This document shows, one piece after another, positions 61,466 to 64,000 of a stretch of 64,000 bases of DNA; within the stretch, counting starts at the first letter, position 1, and every line of letters starts with the position of its first letter. Both the position numbers and the translations under genes were made by a program. This DNA is from the human T2T-CHM13v2.0 reference genome, Homo sapiens, in the NCBI RefSeq assembly GCF_009914755.1, contig NC_060929.1; one strand, written 5' to 3'. The notes beneath the pieces are model-generated. The model had not been told where the DNA came from, did no database searches, and saw only the letters and a list, made by a program, of their open reading frames with translations.

Positions 61466-61560
61466 AGCATGATCGTACCATTGCATGCCAGCCTGGGCAA
61501 AAAAGTGAGACCCCACCTCAAAAGAAAAAAAAAAAAGGAAAAAGAAGAAGGAAAAAAAAG
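61466..61560 (+). mobile_element. Alu 3' fragment with A-rich tail
   Basis: ATGATCGTACCATTGCATGCCAGCCTGGGCAA...GTGAGACCCC then A-rich tail. Confidence 0.75.
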
Positions 61561-61796
61561 CTCTGAGTTGGATCCCTGCCCCCTTTCTGTCAGCTTTGGG
61601 CCCATCTATACCAATCTTGATTTACCGGTCTTGATTTCACAGGTGGAAAATAAGGAAAAGGCTTTAAACAATGTGTATAATTTCAATGAAAGAACCATCA
61701 CAATTTTAAGCAGATCTAAAAGAAGGGTTCCTTAGCACACTGCATATTATTCATTCCATGAAGAGAGTTTTTCTAAATGAAAAATGTTCAGGACGT

Positions 61797-62476
61797 TCAG
61801 GAGAGGAAGAACAAATTAAAGAATGATCTCCACAGCAGAGGCCTCAAGGCTCTTATGCGTGCAAGGAACAGTTCCAGTGTAAAAGTCCGCAGCGACGCCA
61901 TGAGGGCACCCACTGGAGTGCCTCGGGCTCCTTCCAGGGCAGCAGTTAAGCAGGTCGTGTCGCAGGCCTGCAGAAAGGCTGGGGTTCCTCTCCTTTCCGG
62001 GTTCCTTCCTGATGGAACCCTGGGTTTTCAGCAGCTTCCGGGGCGGGGTGGGAGGGTCCTGAACTGCAGAGAGCGCCCTGGGCATGTGTACTTCCACCTC
62101 CGCAGGCGCTGGCATCTCCAGGCAGCTTCAGGCCGCTTTGGAACTCACCGTCGGTAGCATCTGCGTCTTCTTGAGGGGACTGAAGACCGTCTGTGGTTTC
62201 AGCCATTGACTCCTCAAAATGGGAGTCTGGAGGCCGTTTTTGGCCCCTCTCATCTCCGGGAAGGGCTCCGTGCCTGGTGGAGGCTCAGTGCAGCAGCCAG
62301 CTCGCAGCAGAGCTCCCACAGAGCTGATGGCATTGACAGGAGTGGCGGCTCAGCACAGGGAAGTTATCCAGTGCCCAGGCCCAGACTTGCTCTCGGTTCA
62401 GGTCCCATGGCATGTGGGGCTCTGGACCTGCCTGCCTCCAAGACAGCTCTTCCAGAGTTGATGGATGGAACTCCAT
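61797..62476 (-). pseudogene. Disabled copy B of the unrecognised ~226-aa ORF
   Basis: Same ATG context; TGA at codon 64 (62285-62287); same frame continues (MAETTDGLQSPQEDAD...) until a -1 nt change at ~61947; same terminal FFLS-TGA. Confidence 0.6.
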
Positions 62477-62519
62477 AGCCTCAGCCTCCCAAAGCTTGAC
62501 CAGGTCCGGCCAAGTAGCT

Positions 62520-62632
62520 AGTCTAGGAAAAGAGCAAATGGCTCAATTCATCCCTGACTGTGGGTTTTTATAGCATTCTGTCTTGTACAGGAAGTCGGAT
62601 ACCAGAATCCAATCATGTGGGGATTAACACTT
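62520..62632 (-). promoter_or_regulatory. Candidate core promoter of right-arm unit with canonical TATA
   Basis: On - strand: TAATCC (62621-62626), TGATTGG (62609-62615), ACTTCCTG (62588-62595), TATAAAAA (62565-62572). Confidence 0.5.
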
Positions 62633-64000
62633 ATTACCTTGCTAATTGCTTTAAACCATGATAGGGTTGTGGTGGAAAGTTTATCATTCCAGAAGGCACT
62701 ATTGAAACTCCTTGGGTTTCTATTGGATCAGGCTGTAATAGGGTGGGGCAGGGTGTGAGAGAATGGGTCCAGTTATTGGCAGTTTTCTTATTTCAATAAG
62801 AAATTGGCAGTTTTCAGTATTTCACAATTTGATGAGATGTTAGATGTACATCTCATATAGAAATGCTTTATCAAATTAAGGGAATTTGCAATTTCTAATT
62901 TGCTAAGATGACTTTTATATTAATGAAGCAGGGTTGAATTTTTTAAAAGATTTTTTGTATCTACTGAGATTATCGTATATTTTTTCTGCTGTTAATGTGG
63001 AGAATAATAGAGATTGATTTTCAAACGCCAAACCAAAGTTGAGTTCCTGATAAACTCCATTAGATTATGATGCATTTTTTTAAAGTATATTACTGGATTC
63101 AGAATGTTAACATATAGTTGATTTGGCCCTGTGGTTTGGGAAAGATATTGGATGATGAAAAAATTGAAGAGGGGGCACTGGAATGACGCACGAAAAGGTC
63201 GTATAAATACTTAAACTTGTTGGTATTTAAAAAGGACTTTCTATGTAGTTGTACCACTCAGTCAAAGACTGTTTAAATGTAGGGAACATGTCTCATTTGC
63301 AGCATATCGAGAGTCAAGATTGGCCTGAGTCATTCTATTTTTGAAGGTACTCTGAAACAAATTTTAATACAGAGTGAATTTTTGAGGATTCCAACAGCAG
63401 GGGAAAAACAGTGAAGTACATAAGGTGAGCAGAAAGGTATGTTTTAATGGCCTGGCTTCCCCCAAAAAACATTACTGAAATAAACACTCATGTGAGATTG
63501 CTTTATTCAAGAGTGCTGTCCTTAGGAAGTGGGAGTGAGAAGAAAAAGGAGAGGGTCAGGGATGAGCATATTCAATGCTGTGCTTCCTAGTTGTTCAAGC
63601 TTAGTATCAAGTATGACCAGAGGTGACTTTATTATTAAACCAATAAAGTTTAACTGTAAGGCAAACTTCCAAAGAGTTTGTAAAACATTTGTCTTAAAAC
63701 ATTTTTATAATTCTCTTAAACAGAATCCCCTACTACTTGTATGAACACTGACTCCACAAATTGGAAACCGCTGTGAACACTAATGGTTGTTTGATCTCAT
63801 GAAACCATCTTCTGAGAGGCCTTATGAATAACTGCTTCTCAGCACAGTTCACTTGGGAGGAAGAAAAGGACAGAATATATCCACTGTTGGGAGATAACAC
63901 AATTCTCACAACAAAAACCCCAGTGTACCAAACAGAAGAGGCAGGGAACACTAGCATTCAGTTGGTATTCACAGATTTTCATGCATTTAAGTTAGCATGA

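Larger units (their letters stand above)
61600..63516 (-). repeat. Right arm of ~1.9 kb inverted duplication (partner 55830-57742)
   Basis: Starts CCCATCTATACCAATCTTGAT, ends GTGAGATTGCTTTATTCAAGAGTGC; reverse complement of the left arm. Confidence 0.96.

Noticed and set aside
61816-62115. 99-aa MPAPAEVEVH ORF as the real frame of the arm gene
   Set aside because: Synonymous differences between the arms fall in the MEFHPS/ETT/EAAENP frame, not this one

Overview
Primate genomic DNA (human-like; AluY and L1PA present), repeat-rich, with no intact host gene recognisable. It contains an LTR12 solo LTR, many MaLR/ERV LTRs, MER DNA transposons, Alus, MIR/L2, and a full-length L1PB interrupted by a full-length L1PA in the opposite orientation. 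There are processed pseudogenes of PPIA (55052-55812, -) and PRELID3B/SLMO2 (~59910-60830, -), plus an unidentified polyadenylated retrocopy (14400-15207). The most notable structure is a ~1.9 kb inverted duplication (55830-57742 / 61600-63516). Each arm carries a promoter-like module and a differently disabled copy of the same ~681-nt (226-codon) ORF. Arm-to-arm differences are enriched for synonymous changes, suggesting a pair of dead copies of an unrecognised single-exon gene. Other notable events: patchy gene conversion between two inverted L1s ~22 kb apart, a 54-bp templated insertion copied from 3.6 kb away, an L1 3' transduction, a twin-primed L1 and a micro-inversion inside an Alu. Repeat subfamily calls come from recalled consensus sequences, not a search; counts were made by eye.
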